64,000 bases of DNA from the human T2T-CHM13v2.0 reference genome, Homo sapiens (GCF_009914755.1 NC_060925.1); one strand, 5' to 3'; counted from the stretch's first letter, positions 41,720 through 60,049 are shown. Translations and numbers: made by a program. The notes: a model not told the origin generated them from the sequence alone.

Positions 41720-43901
41720 GGCACTTTTACATCCATTATATTTAATTTGATTCTTACAACCACCTTGTGAGATAGGCAAGATGTGAAGTCGATATTTTAT
41801 AGACAAAGCAGCTGAAGCATAATAGGAGCTTAACTGGTGGGATCCATTTATCCATTTTCTCTTCCATGGAGCATCTTGTTGTATTCATCCAAATCCTTGA
41901 CAGAAATGTTGAAGAGGACCTCTAGAGGCTAAGCTTATCCTGAATTCTTAAATAGCACTGACTGTTACAGTTTAAGCAAGTCAGTTTCACCTAAAAGTGT
42001 GATTATCCAACCCACATGTTGCCTTTCTGTTCAAAAAGGATGGTACCAAAGACAGTCACAGTCACCTGGCTTACTGACATAAATATTAATACTAATCAAA
42101 TGAGTAAAAAGCCCATGAGGATTGGCTGCCACAAAAAATTTTCAACCTGTATCTACCAAGAAACTATCATACCAACTAAGGAAGCCAAGTCTCTCTCTCT
42201 TTCAAAACCCTCACGGGGCCATGCTTTATTATAATGGTCTGCCACAGGTCCTAACCCACACTGTATTTGATTATATACAGTCTCATAATTAAGTCATTCC
42301 TCTTTATCACACCCAGCACTTAGTCCACTGCTGCCCATGTAGGAGGCACTCAAATTGGTAAAAGAGAAATCTATGCAAGGGAATGATCTTCTGGACCCCC
42401 TCCAAAAACAAACTTGTGACTAGAAGAGGCACCAGCCATAGCCACATTCCTACTAACAGGGCTGATTTAAATGCCCTTTTTATTGGCTTGGTCATAGTCT
42501 CCAACAGGTGCCAAGGCTTTTGCTAGTTAAACCAGTTTTCATTGGATCATTTTGTTTTCTATGTGTGTTTTGACCAAAAACAAAGATAGGTTCTCTAACA
42601 ACAGGGAGAGAATATATGAAATAGGAATATGTCTATAAAACGACAGTCTACCAGTAAGGAAAATAAGTGATCCATAAAACAAAACATCTGACTGTAGGTC
42701 TACCCAAAGAAAGGAAAAAGGACTAACAAACAAGAATATAGTGCTTTACCATTTACAAATCTTTCACATACATTCTCATTTGACCCTCACAACAACCCTG
42801 TGAGGTAGGCATCACGGACATTCTACTCATTAAACAGATGAAGACAGTAAATCTCAGAGTAGTTCACTGATAATGCCCAAGGCTCTACAGTTAGTGAGTG
42901 ATTTGTATTAATATCAGTCTTTGGCCTAAAAATTCAGCACCCCTCTTCCCCTTATACTTGTCCCACCTACTTCACAGGGATAATGAAGATAAAATGAATT
43001 CAAGGCTAGAAAAATACTTTGAGGGAGAAAAGCACTATATAATTATACCTACAAACTATGATTTTCCCCAATATATGGCTCATTCCTCTTCTCATCTCAG
43101 CTTGTGTGTGAACCCAGAGTTGTATATTGCCTCTGTCCTGTGCTCAGTAAGCAAATAAGGCAGGCAGGGGGTACAGTGTGATCCTGTTTAAAGTTACATA
43201 AATTACAATCAGGGTAACTGCTATTATTAGGCAAATTGAAAAACAGCACAGAAAGGCCAGTGTGCAACTAGGACCCACTAAAGCTCAGAGGAAAGCAATG
43301 CAAGATTATCAGACAGGCATGATTGCATAGAAGGAAAATGTGGTGTCAGAGTTCAAACTGGCACACACACACACAGTTATCTAAGGCAAAGTGGTGGCAA
43401 AGAAGTTATTTGTTCCATGTCACACAAACAAGAGCAGAAGATTCATGGGAACCCGTACAAAAGCATCTTGTGTCACACAGATCTCTCCAGCTGCCTATAG
43501 GGAATATACAGAACAGTGTCACCTTCAAAGAATGACTGTACCTGTGTTCATATCCTGAACTGCACCAAGGAATAGCTCCATGCTAAACTGTCTTGGCTAA
43601 AATACAACCAGTGCCATCATTCCTAATCAGACTAATAAACAGAATGTCTTTTAAGGTAATGAGTTAGATGGCTGTGTTTAGGTTTTGTTCAGGATTTACT
43701 TTGGATTCTCCTGCTTTAAGACCCAAAGAAAGTTATATTGAGTTTTTATTGATGATTCTATGTGTTTTTAACAGAGTGTGATAGGTGAATTAAACATATT
43801 AAAAGAGTTCTATAGCATCTGTTCAGAAAAGATTATATACTATACAAACTATTCAAGTCATACAAAACCATTTTTCATTGTCTTTCAAACTGAGAAGAAT
43901 C
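41720..43901 (-). other. MYCBP: MYCBP 3' UTR with several candidate poly(A) signals (AATAAA at ~43750, ~42484, ~42230; ATTAAA at 41746-41741)
   Basis: Motifs read directly; which are used cannot be determined from sequence. Confidence 0.55.
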
Positions 43902-43946
43902 CTATTCAGCACGCTTCTCCTCCTGAGGTGGTTCATACTGAGCAAG
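43902..43946 (-). CDS. MYCBP: MYCBP coding exon 5 to stop
   Basis: ccccatag|CTT; LAQYEPPQEEKRAE TAG; exons total 312 nt = 103 aa + stop. Confidence 0.95.
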   Translation of the reverse strand, partial: LAQYEPPQEEKRAE

Positions 43947-45272
43947 CTATGGGGCAAAAACAGAGGAATTTAGGTGAATTTTATTCTAAATTGAGTAAAA
44001 AATAGTAAAACAAGGTAACTGTTATATTCAACTTAGTTACTGTCAGTAAATTGTATTAATATCAGTTTCTATAACTATCCATTTTAAATCATTCAGTGAT
44101 TTAAGATTTAATACAATCAAATCTAATGAAAGCCCTTTTCATATAAACCTTTAAAATTGCTTTGAAACTAAAATTTCATTCCAGTTCATGACTGCACTGT
44201 TCAAATACTTGATATGCAATAAACTATATCTTCCCAAAGATTCATTTGCTTATAAGGAACTTTCTTCCTCTCCAGCAAAAGTTTACTGAAAATACCCACT
44301 GAAAAGTAGATAAAGAGTTAAGTGACATGTCTTAACTTAACCAGCCAATAAACAACTACTAATGTCTTTGAGTTAAAAGGTTCCAAAGAGTTAACTAGCA
44401 CTACACATTGTGGAATCTTGGATAATTTAAAATAACTGCATTTTCTTTTATGCTAAGTGTGGTTCCTTGCAAGAACACTAGGCTAACATTAGGGTTCTGC
44501 CAACTACCTGTTGGAGTTGAGAAGCTTATTAGACTTCACTGTGCTTTCGTTTCCTCACCTATAAAGTGGCTTGTGTACTTGTTTCACTTATCTCACAAAG
44601 TTGTTGAGAAGATAAAATATATTATGAGAAATACTTAGAGTAATGTAAAATACATTATGTGATTAAGAATGTGGTAAGACCTGAAAGACTTAAGAGTTGA
44701 CTAATTTGAAGTTCATGAAAATTCTCACAGGACTTTGAAAAAAGAAAAAACTGGCTGGGTGAGGTGGCTCATGCCTATAATCCCAACACTTCGGGAGGCC
44801 AGGCCAGGAGGAACGTTTGAGTCATGAGTTTGAGACCAGCCAGGGCAACATAATGGGACCCCATTTCTACAAAAAGTTTAAAAATTAGCCGAGCATGGTG
44901 GCAAATGCCTGCAGTCCCAGCTACTCAGGAGGCAGAGGTGGGGGGATTACTTGAGCCTGGGAAGTCAAGGCTGCAGTGAGACATGACTGCACCACTGCAC
45001 ACAAGCCTGGGTAACAGAGAACCTGTCTCAAAAAAAGAAAGAAAAAACTTTAGCACTAGATAAAATTAAGTCCTAACAAATTTACAGAGGGCCGCTACAT
45101 ATGGCCTTGCAAACTATGAACCATACAAATTCTAAGAAGTGCCATTTACAAAGCAGTCGCCCCATATTGGCCTACTTAAAATCAACTGCTTAAGAACCTC
45201 AGAACTGACCATTTACTTATAAAGAACATTAACCAATATTCTCATCCTTTTAGTAATACAGGTTCCTAAGAA

Positions 45273-45308
<36 letters not shown>

Positions 45309-45309
45309 A

Positions 45310-45471
<162 letters not shown>

Positions 45472-45679
45472 TAGAGACGGGGTTTCTCCATGCTGGCCAG
45501 GCTGATCTGGAACACCTGACCGCAGGTGATCTGCCCACCTCAGCCTCCCAAAGTGCTGGGATTATAGGCGTGAGCCACCGCACCCAGCCAGAACCTCTTC
45601 TTGACCACACTTTGCTTCTTTGCTTGTCCTATTTCCAGTATGTCTTGCGGTTTTCTTTTTTTTTTTTTAACCCCCCTAG

Positions 45680-45893
<214 letters not shown>

Positions 45894-46121
45894 TGATCTA
45901 CCCACCTCGGCCTCCCAAAGTGCTGGGATTACAGGCGTAAGCCACCGTGCCAGGCCCGTCTTGTGGTTTTCTTGACAGGGCATAACTTTGGCCTTACATT
46001 GTAATTAATTCAAATTGATATTCACCCACCTCCCTCCCCTCCTGTCCATTTCAGTGAGGTTTTCATCATACAATTATTACAGGTAAAATTATTTGAATAT
46101 GAATTCTTTTTAAAAATTTAC

Positions 46122-46251
46122 CTTTGCTTTCAGTTTTTTATTTTCTTCTACAATAGCTTCATACTTCTCTTTCATTTCGGCCAGTTCTAGGCGAAGCAGC
46201 TCTATTTCTGGATTTTCTGGAGTAGCAGCTCCTAAGTGATGCTTTAAAAAA
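46122..46251 (-). CDS. MYCBP: MYCBP coding exon 4
   Basis: ataatag|T; FLKHHLGAATPENPEIELLRLELAEMKEKYEAIVEENKKLKAK; AAG|gtaaa; 130 nt. Confidence 0.95.
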
Positions 46252-46803
46252 CTATTATCAATGTTAAGAACTTACTTCTTAGACATGAATGAAACTAATG
46301 AAATAGCACAGAGTAGTATCAATATCCCTGACCAGAGTCACCCACTTTACCACCAATATCTACCCAGAGATCACCATCCAAAAACTCAAGTGAAACTAAC
46401 TTTCTTGGCCAGGTGCGGTTGCTCACGCCTGTAATCCCAGCACTTTGGGAGGCTGAGGTGGGCACATCACGAGGTCAGGAGTTTGAGACCAACGTGATGA
46501 ACATAGTGAAACCCCGTCTCTACTAAAAATAAAAAAAATTAGCTGGGTGTGATGGTGGGCACCTGTAATCCCAGCTACTTGGGAGACGTGAGGCAGGAGA
46601 ATCGCTTGAAGCCAGGAGGCGGAGGTTGCAGTAAGCCAAGATTGCGCCACTGCATTCCCCACCAGGTGACAGTACAAGACTCCGTCTCAAAAAAAAAAAA
46701 AAAAAAGTAACTTTCTCAATATTCAGAAGTATTTTAAAGGTTATTATCTATCTAAAAAAATAAGAGTTTCAAAATAAAGCCTTTTTCTGACTTGAAAGGA
46801 TAC
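46252..46803 (-). other. MYCBP: U12-type (minor spliceosome) GT-AG intron, MYCBP intron 3
   Basis: 5' splice site GTATCCTTT; branch site TTCTTAAC at 46270-46263, close to the AG; no polypyrimidine tract. Confidence 0.92.
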
Positions 46804-46852
46804 TCCAAAGCACTGTTAGGTTTCTCTGGTTCTTCATATAAGGCTACCAACA
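46804..46852 (-). CDS. MYCBP: MYCBP coding exon 3
   Basis: tttgcag|TG; VLVALYEEPEKPNSALD; GA|gtatccttt donor; 49 nt. Confidence 0.95.
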
Positions 46853-47928
46853 CTGCAAATCAAAAAGCAGAAAAAGCAACAATTGACGTATTAAATTTGA
46901 ATGGCTGAAATTATGTTCCATTACCCAGTAAATATTAGGTGCCAACTATACGCTGAGCACATTGCAAAGACTATACAATGCTGAACAAGACAGACAAGGT
47001 CCCTGTTCTCAACAAATTTACAGTCAAGCATAAAAGATATGCAAGGAACTAGACAGAGGGTATCAAGCAGGAATACTGGATAATGGGTTGCAGTAGCACA
47101 CTGGAAGAACACCTAAGCAAACCTAGGACATCAGGGAAGGCTTCCTAAAGGAAGGCAAAGACCTGATACCTAGGGGTTGAGTGTTTCAGATAAAATGGGA
47201 AGGCCCAGGAGCAAGAAAACAATGTATTGAGGAACTGAAAATTCAAGTATGGCTGGAGATGTAATTTGGCAGGAAAGGAAGCTGGAAAGGTGGTCATGGC
47301 CAGATTAGGGAGAGTCATGCAAATTTGGTTGGCACATAATTAAACAGTTTAAAGGAAGGGAGTGACAGGATCCACTCTTAACTGCTATGTGGACCAGCTG
47401 GAGTGGGACAAGGATAAAGACAGGAAGAACAGTTAAAAGGCTGATGTGGTAATCCAGTTTAAAAAGACAGCAACCTGCAGTAGAGTGATGGGAGTGAGAG
47501 AACAGTGAGAAGAAAGAAATTCGAGAATTTAGGAAAGAATCAACAGGACTATGGTAATTACCGGAAGAAGCTCTGAATTCAAAAATGGTCTTAAAAATTA
47601 AGTTTGTTTTGCTAAATAACCACCAACCAAAAACTTTACCAGTAGTCAACATGCTCAAATCAACATTAAAATAAGATATACTTGAGTGGTTTCATATCTA
47701 ATCACTCATATGAGCACTGCCTTGCTCTTCATCTATGGAACAAATTCCTCCTAGAATTTACTACTTAGATAAAAAACTCTAAATCAGTGGTTGGCCTTTT
47801 TGTGCATGGAACCCTTTGAAAAATCTAATAAAAGCAAAAAAAGTAAACACACACAAAAAAAATGTGGCTGGGCGCAGTGGCTCACACCTGTAATCCCAGC
47901 ACTTTGGGAGGCCAAGGCGGGCAGATCA

Positions 47929-48228
<300 letters not shown>

Positions 48229-48349
48229 TTACATACTTCCCTTTTGTTCTTTTAGAGTTTTAATAACTTACCAAAATAATATACAGTATGAAAAAATCAC
48301 TATTTTTTGAGAAATTCATTTGGTTTTTTTTTTTTGTTTTTTTTTTTGA

Positions 48350-48657
<308 letters not shown>

Positions 48658-49190
48658 TAATACTCTACTCTCTCCTCCTCTTATTCCCCCACCCCATTTC
48701 TTTCAGCTTCTCATTTGTCACTGGTACTTGAAAGGTTGATAGTTGCAGAAGATACTGTAAATACAAAGTTTCCTGTGCTGTTCTATAGATGAAATGCACT
48801 TCCTTGTAATCAGACAAGAACTCTATACCCAATCATGCTCCCCTTTTTGCCTTCGCAGCCAGGATTTTTAGAGGTTGATATAGCGCTCAAAATAGCTAAA
48901 ATGCTTCAGCTTCCAAATGATTTATCATCTTTAGCCATCCTTTCATAGTGTTTTAATGTTATAAACTATTTCAAATCATCTTGGAAATAAGCTGTAAAAA
49001 TTTAGGCCAAAGTGGCTCATTCCTGAAATTCCAGCACTTTGAGAGGCCAAGACAGGAGGATTGCTTGAGCCCAGGAGTTTGAGATCAACCTGGGCAACAC
49101 CCCAACTCTACAAAAAAAAAAAAAATTGGCCAGGCATGATGGCTCACGCCTATAATCCCAGCACTTTGGTAGGCCGAGGCAGGCAGATCA

Positions 49191-49604
<414 letters not shown>

Positions 49605-49752
49605 TTAAATTTGTGAGGCTGGGCACAGTGGGTCACGCCTGTAACGTCAACACTTGGGGAAGCTAAGGCAGAAGGATCACTTGAGGCCAGGCATTCCTGG
49701 GTGACAGAGTGAGACTCTGTCTCAAAAAAAATAAAAAGTAAAAACAAATAGA

Positions 49753-50072
<320 letters not shown>

Positions 50073-52258
50073 AAATAGAATTGTGTAAAGCACCTATGTT
50101 TGGAGCTGAAAATCAAATTTTTAATAAATCACATCAATACTGTGTTGGCTGATGTTATTTAGGAGCCTGGAAATCTAAGGAGATTGAGAGGTTAAATTCT
50201 AGTGGAGGGCGGTGGCTCACACCTGTAATCCCAGCACTGCGGGGCTGAGGTGAGCGGATCACCTGAGGTAAGGAGTTCAAGACCAGCCTGGCCCATGTGG
50301 TGAAACCGCCTCTCTACTAAAAATACAAAAAATTAGCTAAGCATGGTGGCACATGCCTGTAATCCCAGCTACTTGGAAGGCTGAGGCAACACAATCGCTT
50401 GAACCCGGAGGTGGAGGTTGCAGTGAGCCGAGATCATGCCGCTGCACTCCAGCCTGGGCAACATCTTCTGTGTAGTCAGTTACCGCCTACAACTGTCATT
50501 TTTCTGCCTTTTACCATTCAGTCTTTCACTTGCTCCATCCAACCACTCTGGCCTCCTTAGACTTCCTGAAACTCTGTTTCTTTCAGGTTTCTGGTCAAAA
50601 GTTACTTCTTAAGAAAGGCCTTCCCCCCATCACCCTATATAAAATGACACACACATCCCACCTGTCACTTTTTTTTTTTTTTTTTTTTGGAGACAGAGTG
50701 TCACTGTTGCCCAGTGGCACAATCACAACTCACTGCAGCCTTGACCTCCTGGGCTCAGGTGATTCTCTCACCTCAGCCTCCACAGTAGCTAGATTACAGG
50801 CACACACCATGCCCAGCAATTTTTTTTTTTTTTTAAGAGATGGGAGTTTTGCCATGTTGCCCAGGCTGGTCTTGAGCTCCTGGCCTCTAGCAGTCCACCC
50901 ACCTCAGCCTCCCAAAGTGCTGAGATTACAGGCATGAGCCACGTGCCTGGCCTCACCTGTTACTCTTTATCCCTAACTTTGCTGTATTTTTATCTGTACC
51001 ACTTACCACTAGCTGACACTACATATTTATTTATGTATTTCTCTCCCTCAACTAGGATATAAGCTTATGAGAGCCGAGACTTTTATCCTCCCCTGCTTAT
51101 CTCCAGTGTGCAGAACAGACACCTGAGTAAAATTATTAAATGAAAGAAATGAACGTAAGGAGTTTTTAGACGGAATGACATTCAAAGCATCTGTGACACT
51201 TTCAGAGACAACATAGCACAGTACTTTCACAGAGTAGTCCCTTAAGACTTGCTGAAGTTTATTTGCAAAGAGGTAAACTATTATCTGAACCCCAAATAGG
51301 TAGCAATTCAAAATTACTAGCCTTCTTTCTTCTAAGACCCAGGAGTTATGCTCCTAGAATTTTCCTCTAAACTTTGCTTCTGTCCAAAGGGCAGTTACCA
51401 ATTTATTTCCCACTTCCCAAACTTCCTAGTTTCATATGACCCAAGTCCTCATCCCTGCGAACAATTCCATTCTACACCCTTGAATATCCCAGTGAGTTGA
51501 GTGACACATAGCAGGCATTCAAATTAGTGCTAAGCCAATAAAGTAAACTGTACCCTACCCCTTGAAATCCTCCTGTTTCCAACACTTTACTCATCTACTT
51601 AACTTAGATCTTGAAGCCACGAATGAAGAGATACAGCGTTAACAGTAAGCTTTCATTTTAAAAAGTGAAAACAATGTAACCACCTTGATATGCCCTCGAG
51701 CTCTTTAAGCTGTAATTCTACTTTATGAAATATACACAAAATAAGAATTGACACAGACAGACTAAGGAATGGGGGCTGAAAAGCCACAGCCAAATTCGCT
51801 ATGAATCTCCTACTTTGGGGATTAGGCTCACTCAGCTACTTCATAGCCCACTTGGAAATTCGGTCATTTTTCCAGTTGCTCTTTGTTGGAGGGAAACTTT
51901 CTTAACAAGATTCTGAGGACTCCATAAAAACCGTAAGGTGGGAGGAATTGGGATCTGAAGGTCCTTGGCAAACATGTCCACTGCGGCTGCTGGAGGCAAA
52001 GCAACGGAAGTTGAAGAGACTTTGCAACAGCTGCAAGAGTTTCACTCCCGGTGCGGAGAAGGGTAGCGGAGCTAGGCTACCCCACCCGGGCGGCGTCCAG
52101 CAGCCAGGTCCCTGCTGAACCCCGAGGCCCACCTCGCTGGACCCCGGACGGGCCCCATCTGTTTCCCCTCCTTCCCCACGCTACGGCCCGCTGGGGAACG
52201 GGGCAGCGCCGGGGAGCACGACGAGGGCACGAGGTACCCTCTCCTAGCCCAGGCTCAC

Positions 52259-52331
52259 CCTTGGTCAGCGTGTCCAGCACCCCCGACTTCTCCAAGTACC
52301 TCCGGAACTGCTCACGCTTCGAGTCGGCGGC
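52259..52331 (-). CDS. MYCBP: MYCBP coding exon 2
   Basis: tctcttcag|GCC; AADSKREQFRRYLEKSGVLDTLTK; G|gtgag; 73 nt. Confidence 0.96.
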
Positions 52332-52531
52332 CTGAAGAGACACCGGGGGTCAGTGGCCAGAGCCCGGGAGCCGAGCAGGAAGAAGGCGCTGGGAGTCCGG
52401 CAACCCCGCCTCCGCCTCACTACCTCGGGGCCCTCCCGCCCAAACCTGCGCGCGCGACCCCACTCCCACCCAGAGCCGACCAGCGGCTTGCTACCGCCCG
52501 CATGCCCCCAGCCACGCCGCGCCCCCCTCAC

Positions 52532-52546
52532 TTTGTAATGGGCCAT
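52532..52546 (-). CDS. MYCBP: c-Myc-binding protein (AMY-1) coding exon 1 (MAHYK)
   Basis: ACTATGGCCCATTACAAA|gtgag; good Kozak; 15 nt. Confidence 0.95.
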
Positions 52547-52926
52547 AGTGACAGCGGCAGCGGCGTAGCTGGCGCCGGAGACCGCGACTGGCGGGTTGGG
52601 AGCAGCACTGCTCATGCGCGGAAGGGGGCGCGCGCCTGCGCACTTGCAAACCACCGGCCGGGATCGCCGAGGTGTGGCCTGTTTTCATGGCGACCAGGAC
52701 GCTCTGCATCCCCAGTAGCAGGCTGAGCCGAGGGAGGCTGCGTATGCCCGCCCCTCTGGCTGTCGGAGCCGCACCTCTTCCTCTTCCGGCCCCCGTAGCA
52801 ATTAGGTTTCTTTGCAGGAGGTGAGATTTTGGTACCTCTGTCCTGGCGTCCGGAGGCAGGGCCCGGGAGCATTGAGACTATTGCGAGAGAAAGGACCGCC
52901 GCACGGTGGTAGCGAGCGCATCTTTT

Positions 52927-53150
52927 TCATCTGGGACCTCGGAAACTGTGGTGACCCATAGGTGCTGGGCTTCTTGGCTCTCGTCCTGAGAAAGTGCTCA
53001 CAGTGCTTTGCAGTAGCCGAGGAGGGTGTTTAGAATCATATATTTTGGCTTCAGCTTTTATCTTTGGAGTCTCCTTGAGTCGTGGCTGACTTGATGTGGG
53101 CCTCTGGAGGATGAGCAGTAACGAGCTTGCAGTAGCTTTTGAGCCAGGCA
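52927..53150 (-). CDS. GJA9: Candidate alternative terminal coding exon for GJA9 (74-aa tail VPGSKATASS...HHSFRGPR)
   Basis: gtgttttctacag|TG acceptor, phase-compatible with AAG|gtaacc donor at 54019; open frame to TGA. Confidence 0.55.
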
Positions 53151-53290
53151 CTGTAGAAAACACGGGTATTTTAAATTTTAATCCTTACAACACCCCTGTA
53201 GGGTGGGTATTGTTAATTAAGTGGAGTGGTTAGATGTCCAGTGAGTAGAGTCGAGTCCAATCCGGGCAATGAATCACGATGCTATGAACT
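53140..53290. mobile_element. Degenerate MIR
   Basis: GAGCCAGGCACTGT...TTTAATCCTTACAACACCCCTGTAGGGTGGGTATT resembles the MIR consensus. Confidence 0.65.
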
Positions 53291-53321
53291 GGTGAAGGAA
53301 AGCCACGGATCTTCTTAAGAT

Positions 53322-53327
53322 TTTATT
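53322..53327 (-). terminator. GJA9: Candidate GJA9 poly(A) signal AATAAA
   Basis: First canonical AATAAA I found after the stop (~470 nt downstream). Confidence 0.6.
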
Positions 53328-53792
53328 TACTAGGTAGCAACATGTGATTATACTCAAGACACATCAGGATGCCAGTCTAGAAGGAAACTTACGTGATTGT
53401 GTTCCAGGGGCAAACAGAATTAACCCAGTGTCCAAGGTGGAATTGTATAGATCAAGAACCATTTCCTAAGGCTGTGGTCTCTTCAAAGAGAAAACCTGAT
53501 CAAACCATTTAGCCTCAATTCTGAACATGTGATTTTCCCAAAATCAGTTACATTCGAAAGGATATCATTTAAAAAAAAAAAAAATCCTGATTTGACAACT
53601 CTATGTCTTTGAATTTAGAAGTGTTGCTTCACAATCTCGAATTAGAGCTGTTTTTCTCTTGCTTAAATGAGTTTGCAGTTGTCTGTCTTAACAGCTGGTC
53701 TTTAGAGCTGCCCCTATCTATTTTTTCTGTGCCCCACGACCACTAGGCTACTTCTCTGATAATATATATAATGTCTAAAAGCCAACCGCTGT

Positions 53793-55340
53793 TTAGATCT
53801 GAAGATCTGTGGGAACCCGCCTACCAATGAGATTGTTCGTTAGGGACACTACGTGATTTGGAGGACAAACAGGATTATTACAGGTTCTGACCAACCCTGG
53901 CTCAAAGGACAGCCCTCCCAAAGAATCAGCAGTGTTTGGAATGTCAAGTGATTGAGAATCTCCTTGTGAAGGAGGAAGGGTTCTGACTGTGCCCTTTCTG
54001 AACTGGCCCTTGAGGTTACCTTTAGGAGGTGACCCCCGGTTTTCATGTTCTGTAGAGGAACCCCATGTAGCTCGAAGCCACCGCGGTTTCCAATCGCAGT
54101 TAGCTGGCAAGGAGAAAACTGTTTGGGGTGACTGCCTCATGTTGTTCTCTCCATCTATAGCAACACCTGGAATAGAACGGTGACCTCTAGAGTAGTAGTT
54201 CCTTTTGCTGTCTTTGCCTTCAGTTTCTCTTTTTTCCATTAACTGGTTACCATTAAGTTCTTTTCCAAATATTTTATGAGTGTCTTTGTTATTGTTTGAA
54301 CTGATGTGTTGAAAATGACTACAACTAGTACTAAGTGTGGAAATCTCATTAGAAAGTACAGTTTCCTGTTCATCCAAAATGCATTTCTCATCATTTACAC
54401 TATGATTGTCAGGATTTGGCTGGAATACAGAAGATGAATTTAAACTAGGGTACACTGCAGTGTGTGTTTGCTTTTCCACTAACAGATTATAATCAGGGGC
54501 AGAAGGGAGTCGCTTCAGTGAATTTGCAGATGTGCTCTGGTATTTGGCTACATTTTGTTTTGCCTTGTTTGCATGGAATTCATTATGTTCCTTCTTCAAC
54601 TTGTATTTTCCCCAAAGCCCTCTTTTAATCTTTTTAAAACCTAGGTGGAAAATTTCAAGAATGTTTAAGAAAAGTGAAATAGTGGCTATAGATTGCATAA
54701 ATAATAGGAATATTGTCTTTTCTGTTGGTCTTGAGACAAAACAGTCGATTATATTTGGACACGGGTGGCCATGGCACTTAAATAGCGGCTCTAAGTGAAA
54801 TCCATATAAAAGGTACTGTCCAATCATGAATCCAACTTCAACCACAGAGCGAGTGAAAATGTGTATCACATAAGTGCAAAGCAAGGTTCCTCTGAGTGGA
54901 GCTTTATTTAGTTTCCTTTTCTCCAGCTGACAAAGCTCTTGCTCCAATCTCCTCCGATCCCTAGGCATTTCAAACTCTACCTCCTCCAGTTCTACTCTTA
55001 ACTGAGCTTTCATCCTTTGCCTCTCTTCCTCAAGAACTCTCAGTCGGTACAATGCATGGCCCATGTAGACCAGGGATGGTGAAGACACAAATATCACCTG
55101 CAGAACCCAGTATCTAATGAGGGAGATAGGAAAGGCCTGGTCGTAGCATACATTTCTGCAGCCTGGTTGTTCTGTATTGCAGATGAAGCCAGACTGCTCA
55201 TCATTCCAGACATCTTCAGCTGCTACACCCAGAACAAGCATTCGAAATATGAACAGGATGGTGAGCCAGATCTTTCCAATCATGGTGGAGTGGATGTGAA
55301 CTTCCTCCAGAGTATCTCCAAGGAGATTCCAGTCCCCCAT
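53793..55340 (-). CDS. GJA9: Gap junction alpha-9 protein (connexin 59), 515 aa, single coding exon
   Basis: MGDWNLLG start; connexin Cys loops [12 protein letters not shown] and [12 protein letters not shown]; SRPTEK motif; four TM segments; C-terminal DLQI. Confidence 0.97.
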   Translation of the reverse strand: MGDWNLLGDTLEEVHIHSTMIGKIWLTILFIFRMLVLGVAAEDVWNDEQSGFICNTEQPGCRNVCYDQAFPISLIRYWVLQVIFVSSPSLVYMGHALYRLRVLEEERQRMKAQLRVELEEVEFEMPRDRRRLEQELCQLEKRKLNKAPLRGTLLCTYVIHIFTRSVVEVGFMIGQYLLYGFHLEPLFKCHGHPCPNIIDCFVSRPTEKTIFLLFMQSIATISLFLNILEIFHLGFKKIKRGLWGKYKLKKEHNEFHANKAKQNVAKYQSTSANSLKRLPSAPDYNLLVEKQTHTAVYPSLNSSSVFQPNPDNHSVNDEKCILDEQETVLSNEISTLSTSCSHFQHISSNNNKDTHKIFGKELNGNQLMEKRETEGKDSKRNYYSRGHRSIPGVAIDGENNMRQSPQTVFSLPANCDWKPRWLRATWGSSTEHENRGSPPKGNLKGQFRKGTVRTLPPSQGDSQSLDIPNTADSLGGLSFEPGLVRTCNNPVCPPNHVVSLTNNLIGRRVPTDLQI

Positions 55341-55435
55341 GTTTATTTAGTCAGCCATCTTAGCTCTGATCCACATCAAATAAGAGGCAGATAAATTCTT
55401 CCATTCTGAAGGGAGCACTATTTCTTAAAGCAAAC
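55341..55435 (-). other. GJA9: 5' UTR part of the GJA9 coding exon
   Basis: Acceptor ttttcaccatag|GTTTG 95 nt upstream of the ATG; typical connexin two-exon layout. Confidence 0.7.
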
Positions 55436-55507
55436 CTATGGTGAAAATATAACAATATGTCACTTCTATATGCTGGTTGCTTTACTTTTTCCCTAGATAG
55501 CTGTGGG

Positions 55508-60049
<4,542 letters not shown>

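Larger units (their letters stand above)
52050..52920. promoter_or_regulatory. MYCBP: MYCBP CpG-island promoter with NRF1-type motif GCGCCTGCGCA (52632-52642)
   Basis: CpG density across exons 1-2; motif read directly. Confidence 0.85.
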
